From the human T2T-CHM13v2.0 reference genome, Homo sapiens, in NCBI RefSeq assembly GCF_009914755.1, contig NC_060948.1: 64,000 nt of DNA; one strand, written 5' to 3'. Position numbers and translations under genes: made by a program. Under the pieces are notes generated by a model that made no database searches, was not told the DNA's origin, and saw only the letters and a program-made list of their open reading frames with translations. Within the stretch, counting starts at the first letter, position 1; the number at the start of each line of letters is the position of its first letter. Positions 1 to 13,500 of this stretch are shown in pieces.

Positions 1-3000
1 AGTGATTCGGATGTCTTTTAATTGAATGGAAAGAAATCAAATGGAATGGAAAGGAATAAAATGGAATGGAATGAAATAGAATGCAATAGAATGGAAGTGA
101 GTGGAGTCGAGTTGAATGGAATCGAATTGAATGGAATAGAATGGAATAGAATCAAATGGAATGGACTCGAATGCAATGGAACCGAATGGAATGGACTGGA
201 ACAAAATGGAATCGAACGTATTGGAATGGAAAGGAATGGAAAGGAATTGAATGCAACGGAAAGCAATGGAATCGAATGTAATGGAGTCGTATGTAGTGGA
301 GTCGAATGGAATGGAATCAAATGGAAGGAAAAGAATACAATCGAATGGAATAGAATAGAATGCAACAGAATGAAACGGAGTGGAATCGAGTGGAATGGAA
401 TAGAATTGAATGGAATGGAAAGGAATGGAATCGAATGGAATGGATCCGAGTGGAATGGATCCGAATGGAATGGAATGGAACAAAATGGAATTGAACAGAT
501 TAGAATCGAATGGATCCGAATCGAATGGAATGGAATAGAATGGAATGGAATGGAATGGAATGGAATGGAATGGAATGGAATGGAATGGAATGGACCCAAA
601 TGTGATGAACTCTAATGAAATGGACTTTAATAGAATGGATTAGAAAACAATGGGCTCGAATGGAATTTAATCAAGTCGAATTTAATGGAATGGAATGGAA
701 TGCAAAACTATGGAATAGCATCAAATGGAATGGAACAGAATAGAGTGGAATGGAATGGAATACACAGGAATAGAACAGACTCGAATGTAATGGATTGCAA
801 TGTAAGTGATTCAAAGGGAATGGAATCAAATGGAATATAATCAAATGGAATGGAATGGAGTGCATTGGAATGGAATAAAATGGAATGCAAACAATGGTAC
901 AGAACTCATTTGAATCTAGAGGAGTGGAATCGAATGCAATGGGAAAGAATGGAATGGACACGAATGGAATGGATTGGAAACAAATGGAATGGAAAGGATT
1001 TTAATCATACAGAACAAAATAGAATGCAATGGACTCGAATGAAATGGAGTCGAAGAGAATAGTATCAAATGGAAAGGAATGGAATGTAATCGAATCGAAT
1101 GGAATGTTAATGAAATTAATTGAAAGGAATAGAATGGAATGAAGTGTAATGGAAAGATATCGAATTGAATGGAATTGAATGGAATGGACACAAACGGAAT
1201 GGACTGGAATGGAATGAACTGGAAAGGAATGGAATGGAGCGGAACGGACTCGAGTGCAATGGAATCGAATGGTATAGAATAGAATGGAATGGAATGGAAA
1301 GGAATAGAAGGGAATGGAATCGGATCCACGGGACAGATTGGAATGGGGTAGAATTGAATAGAATCGAATGGAATGGCATCGAATGTAATGGAATGGAATG
1401 GACTCGAATGGAATGGAGTGACATGTAATGGAATCGAAAGGAATGGAATCGAATGAAATGGAATTGAATGGAATAGAAAGGAATAGAATGGAATGGAGTT
1501 TAATGGAAAGATATTAAAAGTAATGGAATGGAATTGAGTGGACACGAATGGAATGGACTGGAATGGAAAGGACTCGAATGAAATGGAGCGCATTAGAATG
1601 GACTCGAATGGAATGGATTGGAGTGGAATGGTCTCGAATGGATTGGAAACGAATGGAATGCAAAGGAATAGAATGGAATGTAATCAAATGGAACGAAATG
1701 GAATGGAATGGATTCGACTGGAACAGAATTGAATGGAGTGGAATTGATTGGAATGGAATGCAATCGAATGGAATGAACACGAATGGAATAGAATGAAATG
1801 AAATGGCATAGAATGGAATGGAATGGAATGGAATGGAATGGCATGGAATGGAATGGAATGGAATGGAATGGAATGGCATGGAATGTAATGGAATGGAATG
1901 AAATTGATTGGAATGGGATGGGCCCAAAAGTAATGGACTCAAATAAAAGGGACTCAAATAGAATGAATTGGAAAGAAACGGTCTCGAATGTAATTCATTC
2001 GAATGGAATGATATTGAATGGAATGCAATAGTATGGAATGGTATTGAATAGAATGGAATAGAATGGAATGGAATGGAACGGAATGGAGTGCATTTGAACG
2101 GACTCAAATGCAATAAATTGCAATATAATTGATTCAAATGGAATGGAATCGAATACAATGTAAACAAACGGAATGGAAGGCAATGCAATGGCAAGGAATC
2201 GAATGAAATGGAATAAATGGAATGGAATCGAATGGAAAGGACGCGAATATAATGGACTGTTAAGGAAAGGTCTCGAATCGAATTTATTCCAATAGAATGG
2301 AATCGAAAGGAATGCAATACTATTGAATCGAATCGAATGGAATGGAATTCAATGGAATGGACAGGAATGGAATGAACTGGAAGTGAATGGACAAGAACGT
2401 AATATATTGCAATGTAATGTATTCAAATGGAATGGAATGCAATCGAATGGAATTGACTCGATTGGAATGGACTGGAGTGGAATGGACTCAAATGGAATGT
2501 ATTCGAATGTAATGGACCTGAAAGGAATGGAATCCAATGGAATGGAATTGAATGGAATCAAAAGGAATAGAATGGAATAGAGTGTCATTGAATGATATCG
2601 AATGGAAGGGAATGGAATGAAATCGAATGGAATGCACTGGAATGGAATGGACTCGATCAGAACGGACTGTAGCGGCATGTACACAAATGAAATGGAAACG
2701 AATGGAATGGAATGAAATGGAATGAAATGGAATTGAAAGGAACGGAATGGAATGGAATGGAATGGAATGGATTGGAATAAAATGGATTCAAATAAAATAG
2801 AATCGATTGGAATGGTATTGAATGGAGGGGAATTGAATGGAATGGAAAGCAATGGAAGATATTGGAATCGAATGGCATCGAATGAAATGGAATGGAACGG
2901 AATGGAACGGACCCGAATGGAATGGAATGGACTCAAATGTAATGGACTCGAAAGGAATCGAATGAAATATAATAGACTCGAAAAGAATGGCCTCCAGCGG

Positions 3001-5384
3001 AATTTATTTGAATAGAATGGAGTGAAATGGAATACAATAATATTGAATGGAATAGAATGGAATGGAATCGAATGGAATGTAATCAAATGGAATGGAACGG
3101 AATTCAATATAATGGAATAGAATGGAATGCATTGGAAAGGAGCAGAGTGGAATCGAGTGGAATGGAATCGAAAGGAATGGAATCAAAGGGAAAGAAATGG
3201 AATTGAATGGACTTGAATGGAATTGAGTCGAAAGGAATTGACTCGAAAGGAATGGACTGGAACAAAAAGGAATCAAATGGACAGGAATGGAATGGAATGG
3301 AATGGAATGGACTGGAATAGAATGGAGTCAAATGCAAACGCATCGAATGGAATGGATTGAAATGGAATGCAATTGAATGGAATAGAAAGGAAGAGAATGG
3401 AATTGAGAGTAATGGAAAGATATGGATTGGAATGAAATGGAATGGAAAGGAATTGAATGTTAAGGAATGGACTCGGAAGAAATGGATTGGAATTTAATGG
3501 TCTCCAATGGAATGGACTGGAGTGGAACGGAATCGAATGGAATGAAAAGAATGGAACGGAATGGAACGGAAAGGAATAGAATGTTATGGAATCTGATTAG
3601 ACAGAATGGAATGGAATGGAGTTTCATGAAATGGAGTCGAATAGAGTGGCATCAAAAGGAATGTAATGGAACGGAGTGGACTCCAAAGGAATGGACTCGA
3701 AAGGAATGGAGACGAACCAAATTGAATCCAATGGATTGGAGTCGAAAAGAATGGAATGGAATGGAAGGAACTCGACTGGAGTGGAGAGGAATGTAAAGGA
3801 ATAGAATGGAATGTAATCAAATGGATTGCAACTGAATGGAATCAAAAATAATAGAAAGGAATGGAGTGTAAAGGGATGATATTGAATATAATGGAATGGA
3901 ATGGAATTCAATGGAATGGAGTCGAAGGAATGGAAAGGAATGTAATGGACTCCAATGGAATGGAATGGATGAAAATGGATTTGAACAGATTGGAATCGAA
4001 CGGAATGGAATGCAATGGAATGGAATGGATTCGAATGGAGAAGAGACAAATGGAATGGAAACGAATTCAGTGGAATTGAAAAGAATAGAATTTAATGGCG
4101 TGTAATGGTAAGATACTAAATGGAATGGAATGGAATGGAATGGAATGGATTGGAATGGACCCAAATGTAATGCCCTTGAATGGAATATACTCAAATAGAA
4201 TGGAATCGAAAGGAAAGGTCTCAAATGGAATTTATTCAATACAATGGAATCGAATGGAATGCAATAGAATGGAATGGAATCGAATGTAATGGAATCAAAT
4301 AGAATGGACCAGAATGGAATGGACTGCCATAGAACGGACTGCAGTGTAATGGATTGAATTCTAATTCATTCAAATGGAATGGAATTGAATGGAATGGAAT
4401 CCAATGGAATGGATAGGATTGTACTGGATTGGAATAGCATGGAATGCAACGGAGTGGAATGGAGTTGAATGAAGTGGAATGGAATCGATTGGAATGGAAT
4501 CAAATGGAATGGACGGGAATGGAATGGACTGGAAGAGAACAGACTCGAATATAATGGATTGCAATGTAATTGATTCAAATGGAATGGAATCGAATGGAAT
4601 GTAATAAAATTGAAGGGATTGGAGTTCAATGCAAAGGAAAAGAATGGAATGCAAAGGAATGGAAAGGAATGGAGTGAAATCGAGTGTAATGGAATCGAAT
4701 GGAATGAAATCGAATGGAATGGACTCAAAAGAAATGGACGAGGGACAAAACTGAATCGAACTGATTGGAATGGAACGGAACGGAATGGAATGGAATGGTC
4801 TCCATTGGATCGGAGTAGAACGGATTGGAATGGAATGGAATGAAATGGAATGGGAAGGAATAGAATGGAATGGAATGGAATGGAATGGAAGGTAATGGAA
4901 AGATAACGAACGGATTGGAAAGGAATGCAATGGACCCTAATGGAATGGAATGGAATGGAACAGAAACCGATGGAATGGACTGGAGTGAAATGGAGTCGAA
5001 TGTAATTGACTGGAGTGGAATGGACTCGAAAGGAATGGACTCGAATAGAATGGACTGGAATGGATTGTGTTCTAATGGAGTGGAAAGGAATAAAATGGAT
5101 TCCACCAGATTGGAATGGAACAGAATGGAATGGAATGGAATGGAATGCAATGGAACGGCTTGACTGGAATGGAGTCGAATGCAATGGAATAGAAAGGAAA
5201 GGAATTGAATGGAATTGAAAGTAATAGATTTAAATGGAGTGCAAAGGAAAGATGTCGAATGGAATGGATCGAAAAGAAATAGAATGGAATGGACAGGAAT
5301 GGAATGGAATAGAATGGAATAGACTGGCGTGCAATGAAAACGAATGGAATGGAATGGAAAGGAATGGAGTAGAATAAATACTAT

Positions 5385-5419
5385 GGAATGGAATGGAATG
5401 GAATGGAATGGAATGGAAT
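5385..5419 (+). repeat. Length-variable pure (GGAAT)n tract between TAAATACTAT and GGAGGCG
   Basis: Pentamer counts in units 1-8 are 7, 9, 3, 3, 3, 3, 9, 3. Confidence 0.88.
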
Positions 5420-6150
5420 GGAGGCGAAAGGAAAAGAATGGATTGGAATGTCACCGAATGGAAAGATAAGGAATGGAAAGGAGTGGATACGAATGGAATG
5501 GAATAGAAAGGAACGGAAAGGTAAAGAATGGAATGGAATCGGATAGAATGGAATGCAATGTAATGGAGTCGAATGGAAAATAATCGAGTAGAATGATATT
5601 GAATGGAATGGAATTTAATGGAATGGAATGGAATGGAATGGACTCGAATGGAATGTACTCAAATGGATTAGAATAGAATGGAATGGAACTAAACGTAATG
5701 AACTCGAATGGAATGGACACAAATAGAATGGAAGAGAAAGGAATGGTATTGAATGGAATTTATTCGAATAGAATGTAATTCAATGGAATGCAACAGTGTG
5801 GCATGGAATCAAATGGAATGGAATCGAATGGAATGGACCCGAGTGGAATGGACTCACATAGAACAGCCTGGAATGTAATGGATGACAGTGTATTAGATTC
5901 GAAAGGACTGAAATCGAATGGAATGTAATCAAATAGAACGGAATTGAATGCATGGAATGGCATAGAAAGTAATGCAATGGAATGGAATAGACTGGAATGG
6001 AATGGAATCGGATGGAATGTAATGAAATGTAATGGAAGGAATGCCATGGAATGGAATGGAATGGAATGCAATGGCCCGGTGTATAATGGAGTGCAATGGA
6101 ATTCAGTGGAATGTAGTCAACAGGAATGAAATAGAATGGAATTCAATATA

Positions 6151-6190
6151 AGGGAATGGCATCCAATGGCAGGGAATGGCATCCAATGGC
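6151..6190 (+). repeat. Perfect 20-bp tandem duplication (AGGGAATGGCATCCAATGGC)x2 inside the HOR
   Basis: Read directly. Two copies are present in units 1-8 (e.g. 13687-13726, 58427-58466), but only one copy in unit 9 (62323-62342). Confidence 0.92.
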
Positions 6191-7545
6191 AAGGAATGGA
6201 GTGGACTCCAATGGAAACAACATGAAAGGAATATAATATAATGGAATGGCATTGAACGATATGGAATGCAATGGAGTTAAAAGGTAAGATATCAAATGGA
6301 AAAGAATTGAATGGACTCGAATGGAATATAACGGAATGGAACGGACTCGAATGGAATGTACTAGAGTTGAATGGAATGGAATGGAATGGAAAACAATGGA
6401 AAGGAAAGGAAGGGAATTGAAAGGAAAGGAATAGAATGGAATGGAATCGGATAGAACGGAATTGAATGGAATGGAAACTAAAGGAATAGCATAGAAAGGA
6501 ATGGCATTGAATGGAATGGAATGGAATGGAATCAGATGGAACAGAAAGGAATGGAATAGAATCGAATGGTATGGCATCGAATGGATTGGAATGGAATGTA
6601 ATGGAATGGAAAGGAATGGAATGGACTCGAATGGAATGTACTCAAATGGAATAGAATAGAATGGAATGGAAGTAAATATAATGGACTCGAATGGAATGGA
6701 TTGGAATAAATTGGAATTGAATGTATTGGATTCGAATGGAAAGGAATGGAATGGAATGGAATGGATTCGAATGGAATGGAATCGAATGGAATGGAACGAA
6801 TTGGAATGTAATTGAATGGCGTCGAAAACAGTAGAAAGAAATGAAGTTTAATCGAATGATATCGAATGGAATTGAATGGAATGTACGCGAATGGAATGGA
6901 CTGGAATGGAATGGACTCTATGGGAATGAAGAGGAGTGGAATGGACTCGAATGTCATGGAGACGATTGGAATGGAAAGGAATGCAAAGGAATGGAATGGA
7001 ATGGAATCTGATGCATCGCCATGGAATGGAATGGGGTCGAATGGAATAGAATCGAAAGGAATGGCATCCAATGGAATGGAAACGAATTGAATGGAATGGC
7101 ATGGAATGGAATGGAAAGGAATATAATGGAAAGGAATCGGATGGAACGGAATGGAATGTAATGGAGTCGAATGGAATAGAATCTAATAGAATTGCATTGA
7201 TAGGAATGGAATCGAACGGACTCGAAAGGATTGGAGCCTAACAGAAGAGAATCGAACAGAATAGCATCAAATGGAATGGAAATGAATGGAATGGAATGGA
7301 ATGGAATGGAATGGAATGGAATGGAATGGAATGGAATGGACACACATGTAATGGACTTGAATGGAATGGAATCAAATAGAATGGACGCGAATGGAATGTT
7401 CTCAAATGGAATTTATGAAAATAGAATGGAATCGAAAGTCATTGAACATTATGGAATGGAATCAAATGGAATTAAATCGAATGGAAGGAACCGGAATGGA
7501 ATGTACTGGAATAGAACGGACTCGAATGTTACGGAAAGAAAAGTA

Positions 7546-10500
7546 AGTGATTCGGATGTCTTTTAATTGAATGGAAAGGAATAAAATGGAATGGAATGAA
7601 ATAGAATGCAATAGAATGGAAGTGAGTGGAGTCGAGTTGAATGGAATCGAATTGAATGGAATAGAATGGAATAGAATCAAATGGAATGGACTCGAATGCA
7701 ATGGAACCGAATGGAATGGACTGGAACAAAATGGAATCGAACGTATTGGAATGGAAAGGAATGGAAAGGAATTGAATGCAACGGAAAGCAATGGAATCGA
7801 ATGTAATGGAGTCGTATGTAGTGGAGTCGAATGGAATGGAATCAAATGGAAGGAAAAGAATACAATCGAATGGAATAGAATAGAATGCAACAGAATGAAA
7901 CGGAGTGGAATCGAGTGGAATGGAATAGAATTGAATGGAATGGAAAGGAATGGAATCGAATGGAATGGATCCGAGTGGAATGGATCCGAATGGAATGGAA
8001 TGGAACAAAATGGAATTGAACAGATTAGAATTGAATGGATCCGAATCGAATGGAATGGAATAGAATGGAATGGAATGGAATGGAATGGAATGGAATGGAA
8101 TGGAATGGAATGGAATGGAATGGACCCAAATGTGATGAACTCTAATGAAATGGACTTTAATAGAATGGATTAGAAAACAATGGGCTCGAATGGAATTTAA
8201 TCAAGTCGAATTTAATGGAATGGAATGGAATGCAAAACTATGGAATAGCATCAAATGGAATGGAACAGAATAGAGTGGAATGGAATGGAATACACAGGAA
8301 TAGAACAGACTCGAATGTAATGGATTGCAATGTAAGTGATTCAAAGGGAATGGAATCAAATGGAATATAATCAAATGGAATGGAATGGAGTGCATTGGAA
8401 TGGAATAAAATGGAATGCAAACAATGGTACAGAACTCATTTGAATCTAGAGGAGTGGAATCGAATGCAATGGGAAAGAATGGAATGGACACGAATGGAAT
8501 GGATTGGAAACAAATGGAATGGAAAGGATTTTAATCATACAGAACAAAATAGAATGCAATGGACTCGAATGAAATGGAGTCGAAGAGAATAGTATCAAAT
8601 GGAAAGGAATGGAATGCAATCGAATCGAATGGAATGTTAATGAAATTAATTGAAAGGAATAGAATGGAATGAAGTGTAATGGAAAGATATCGAATTGAAT
8701 GGAATTGAATGGAATGGACACAAACGGAATGGACTGGAATGGAATGAACTGGAAAGGAATGGAATGGAGCGGAACGGACTCGCGTGCAATGGAATCGAAT
8801 GGTATAGAATAGAATGGAATGGAATGGAAAGGAATAGAAGGGAATGGAATCGGATCCAACGGGACAGATTGGAATGGGGTAGAATTGAATAGAATCGAAT
8901 GGAATGGCATCGAATGTAATGGAATGGAATGGACTCGAATGGAATGGAGTGACATGTAATGGAATCGAAAGGAATGGAATCGAATGAAATGGAATTGAAT
9001 GGAATAGAAAGGAATAGAATGGAATGGAGTTTAATGGAAAGATATTAAAAGTAATGGAATGGAATTGAGTGGACACGAATGGAATGGACTGGAATGGAAA
9101 GGACTCGAATGAAATGGAGCGCATTAGAATGGACTCGAATGGAATGGATTGGAGTGGAATGGTCTCGAATGGATTGGAAACGAATGGAATGGAAAGGAGT
9201 AGAATGGAATGTAATCAAATGGAACGAAATGGAATGGAATGGATTCGACTGGAACAGAATTGAATGGAGTGGAATTGATTGGAATGGAATGCAATCGAAT
9301 GGAATGAACACGAATGGAATAGAATGAAATGAAGTGGCATAGAATGGAATGGAATGGAATGGAATGGAATGGAATGGAATGGAATGGAATGGAATGGCAT
9401 GGCATGGAATGTGATGGAATGGAATGAAATTGATTGGAATGGGATGGGCCCAAAAGTAAAGGACTCAAATAAAAGGGACTCAAATAGAATGAATTGGAAA
9501 GAAACGGTCTCGAATGTAATTCATTCGAATGGAATGATATTGAATGGAATGCAATAGTATGGAATGGTATCGAATAGAATGGAATAGAATGGAATGGAAT
9601 GGAACGGAATGGAGTGCATTTGAACGGACTCAAATGCAATAAATTGCAATATAATTGATTCAAATGGAATGGAATCGAATACAATGTAAACAAACGGAAT
9701 GGAAGGCAATGCAATGGCAAGGAATCGAATGAAATGGAATAAATGGAATGGAATCGAATGGAAAGGACGCGAATATAATGGACTGTTAAGGAAAGGACTC
9801 GAATCGAATTTATTCCAATAGAATGGAATCGAAAGGAATGCAATACTATAGAATCGAATCGAATGGAATGGAATTCAATGGAATGGACAGGAATGGAATG
9901 AACTGGAAGTGAATGGACAAGAACGTAATATATTGCAATGTAATGTATTCAAATGGAATGGAATGCAATCGAATGGAATTGACTCGATTGGAATGGACTG
10001 GAGTGGAATGGACTCAAATGGAATGTATTCGAATGTAATGGACCTGAAAGGAATGGAATCCAATGGAATGGAATTGAATGGAATCAAAAGGAATAGAATG
10101 GAATAGAGTGTCATTGAATGATATCGAATGGAAGGGAATGGAATGAAATCGAATGGAATGCACTGGAATGGAATGGACTCGATCAGAACGGACTGTAGCG
10201 GCATGTACACAAATGAAATGGAAACGAATGGAATGGAATGAAATGGAATGAAATGGAATTGAAAGGAACGGAATGGAATGGAATGGAATGGAATGGATTG
10301 GAATAAAATGGATTCAAATAAAATAGAATCGATTGGAATGGTATTGAATGGAGGGGAATTGAATGGAATGGAAAGCAATGGAAGATATTGGAATCGAATG
10401 GCATCGAATGAAATGGAATGGAACGGAATGGAACGGACCCGAATGGAATGGAATGGACTCAAATGTAATGGACTCGAAAGGAATCGAATGAAATATAATA

Positions 10501-13500
10501 GACTCGAAAAGAATGGCCTCCAGCGGAATTTATTTGAATAGAATGGAGTGAAATGGAATACAATAGTATTGAATGGAATAGAATGGAATGGAATCGAATG
10601 GAATGTAATCAAATGGAATGGAACGGAATTCAATATAATGGAATAGAATGGAATGCATTGGAAAGGAGCAGAGTGGAATCGAGTGGAATGGAATCGAAAG
10701 GAATGGAATCAAAGGGAAAGAAATGGAATTGAATGGACTTGAATGGAATTGAGTCGAAAGGAATTGACTCGAAAGGAATGGACTGGAACAAAAAGGAATC
10801 AAATGGACAGGAATGGAATGGAATGGAATGGAATGGACTGGAATAGAATGGAGTCAAATGCAAACGCATCGAATGGAATGGATTGAAATGGAATTCAATT
10901 GAATGGAATAGAAAGGAAGAGAATGGAATTGAGAGTAATGGAAAGATATGGATTGGAATGAAATGGAATGGAAAGGAATTGAATGTTAAGGAATGGACTC
11001 GGAAGAAATGGATTGGAATTTAATGGTCTCCAATGGAATGGACTGGAGTGGAACGGAATCGAATGGAATGAAAAGAATGGAACGGAATGGAACGGAAAGG
11101 AATAGAATGTTATGGAATCCGATTGGACCGAATGGAATGGAATGGAGTTTCATGAAATGGAGTCGAATAGAGTGGCATCAAAAGGAATGTAATGGAACGG
11201 AGTGGACTCCAAAGGAATGGACTCGAAAGGAATGGAGACGAACCAAATTGAATCCAATGGATTGGAGTCGAACAGAATGGAATGGAATGGAATGAACTCG
11301 ACTGGAGTGGAGAGGAATGTAAAGGAATAGAATGGAATGTAATCAAATGGATTGCAACTGAATGGAATCAAAAATAATAGAAAGGAATGGAGTGTAAAGG
11401 GATGATATTGAATATAATGGAATGGAATGGAATTCAATGGAATGGAGTCGAAGGAATGGAAAGGAATGTAATGGACTCCAATGGAATGGAATGGATGAAA
11501 ATGGATTTGAACAGATTGGAATCGAACGGAATGGAATGCAATGGAATGGAATGGATTCGAATGGAGAAGAGACAAATGGAATGGAAACGAATTCAATGGA
11601 ATTGAAAAGAATAGAATGGAATGGCGTGTAATGGTAAGATACTAAATGGAATGGAATGGAATGGAATGGAATGGATTGGAATGGACCCAAATGTAATGCC
11701 CTTGAATGGAATATACTCAAATAGAATGGAATCGAAAGGAAAGGTCTCAAATGGAATTTATTCAATACAATGGAATCGAATGGAATGCAATAGAATGGAA
11801 TGGAATCGAATGTAATGGAATCAAATAGAATGGACCAGAATGGAATGGACTGCCATAGAAGGGACTGCAGTGTAATGGATTGAATTCTAATTCATTCAAA
11901 TGGAATGGAATTGAATGGAATGGAATCCAATGGAATGGATAGGATTGTACTGGATTGGAATAGCATGGAATGCAACGGAGTGGAATGGAGTTGAATGAAG
12001 TGGAATGGAATCGATTGGAATGGAATCAAATGGAATGGACGGGAATGGAATGGACTGGAAGAGAACAGACTCGAATATAATGGATTGCAATGTAATTGAT
12101 TCAAATGGAATGGAATCGAATGGAATGTAATAAAATTGAAGGGATTGGAGTTCAATGCAAAGGAAAAGAATGGAATGCCAAGGAATGGAAATGAATGGAG
12201 TGAAATCGAGTGTAATGGAATCGAATGGAATGAAATCGAATGGAATGGACTCAAAAGAAATGGACGAGGGACAAAACTGAATCGAACTGATTGGAATGGA
12301 ACGGAACGGAATGGAATGGAATGGTCTCCATTGGATCGGAGTAGAACGGATTGGAATGGAATGGAATGAAATGGAATGGAAAGGAATAGAATGGAATGGA
12401 ATGGAATGGAATGGAAGGTAATGGAAAGATAACGAACGGATTGGAAAGGAATGCAATGGACCCTAATGGAATGGAATGGAATTCAACAGAAACCAATGGA
12501 ATGGACTGGAGTGAAATGGAGTCGAATGTAATTGACTGGAGTGGAATGGACTCGAAAGGAATGGACTCGAATAGAATGGACTGGAATGGATTGTGTTCGA
12601 ATGGAGTGGAAAGGAATAAAATGGATTCCACCAGATTGGAATGGAACAGAATGGAATGGAATGGAATGGAATGCAATGGAACGGCTTGACTGGAATGGAG
12701 TCGAATGCAATGGAATAGAAAGGAAAGGAATTGAATGGAATTGAAAGTAATAGATTTAAATGGAGTGCAAAGGAAAGATGTCGAATGGAATGGATCGAAA
12801 AGAAATAGAATGGAATGGACAGGAATGGAATGGAATAGAATGGAATAGACTGGCGTGCAATGAAAACGAATGGAATGGAATGGAAAGGAATGGAGTAGAA
12901 TAAATACTATGGAATGGAATGGAATGGAATGGAATGGAATGGAATGGAATGGAATGGAGGCGAAAGGAAAAGAATGGATTGGAATGTCACCGAATGGAAA
13001 GATAAGGAATGGAAAGGAGTGGATACGAATGGAATGGAATAGAAAGGAACGGAAAGGTAAAGAATGGAATGGAATCGGATAGAATGGAATGCAATGTAAT
13101 GGAGTCGAATGGAAAATAATCGAGTAGAATGATATTGAATGGAATGGAATTTAATGGAATGGAATGGAATGGAATGGACTCGAATGGAATGTACTCAAAT
13201 GGATTAGAATAGAATGGAATGGAACTAAACGTAATGAACTCGAATGGAATGGACACAAATAGAATGGAAGAGAAAGGAATGGTATTGAATGGAATTTATT
13301 CGAATAGAATGTAATTCAATGGAATGCAACAGTGTGGCATGGAATCAAATGGAATGGAATCGAATGGAATGGACCCGAGTGGAATGGACTCACATAGAAC
13401 AGCCTGGAATGTAATGGATGACAGTGTATTAGATTCGAAAGGACTGAAATCGAATGGAATGTAATCAAATAGAACGGAATTGAATGCATGGAATGGCATA

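Larger units (their letters stand above)
1..7545 (+). repeat. HOR unit 1 (7545 bp); unit phase is arbitrary, set at the window start
   Basis: The anchor AGTGATTCGGATGTCTTTTAATTG at 1 recurs at 7546. Landmarks recur in the same order in later units (TCTAGA 915, GGGCCC 1920, CTGCAG 4339, 20-bp duplication 6151). Confidence 0.95.

Noticed and set aside
433-517. Cluster of GGATCC sites with a 15-bp near-duplication (GAATGGAATGGATCC)
   Set aside because: Explained by a local three-pentamer duplication fixed in all units; no sign of function.
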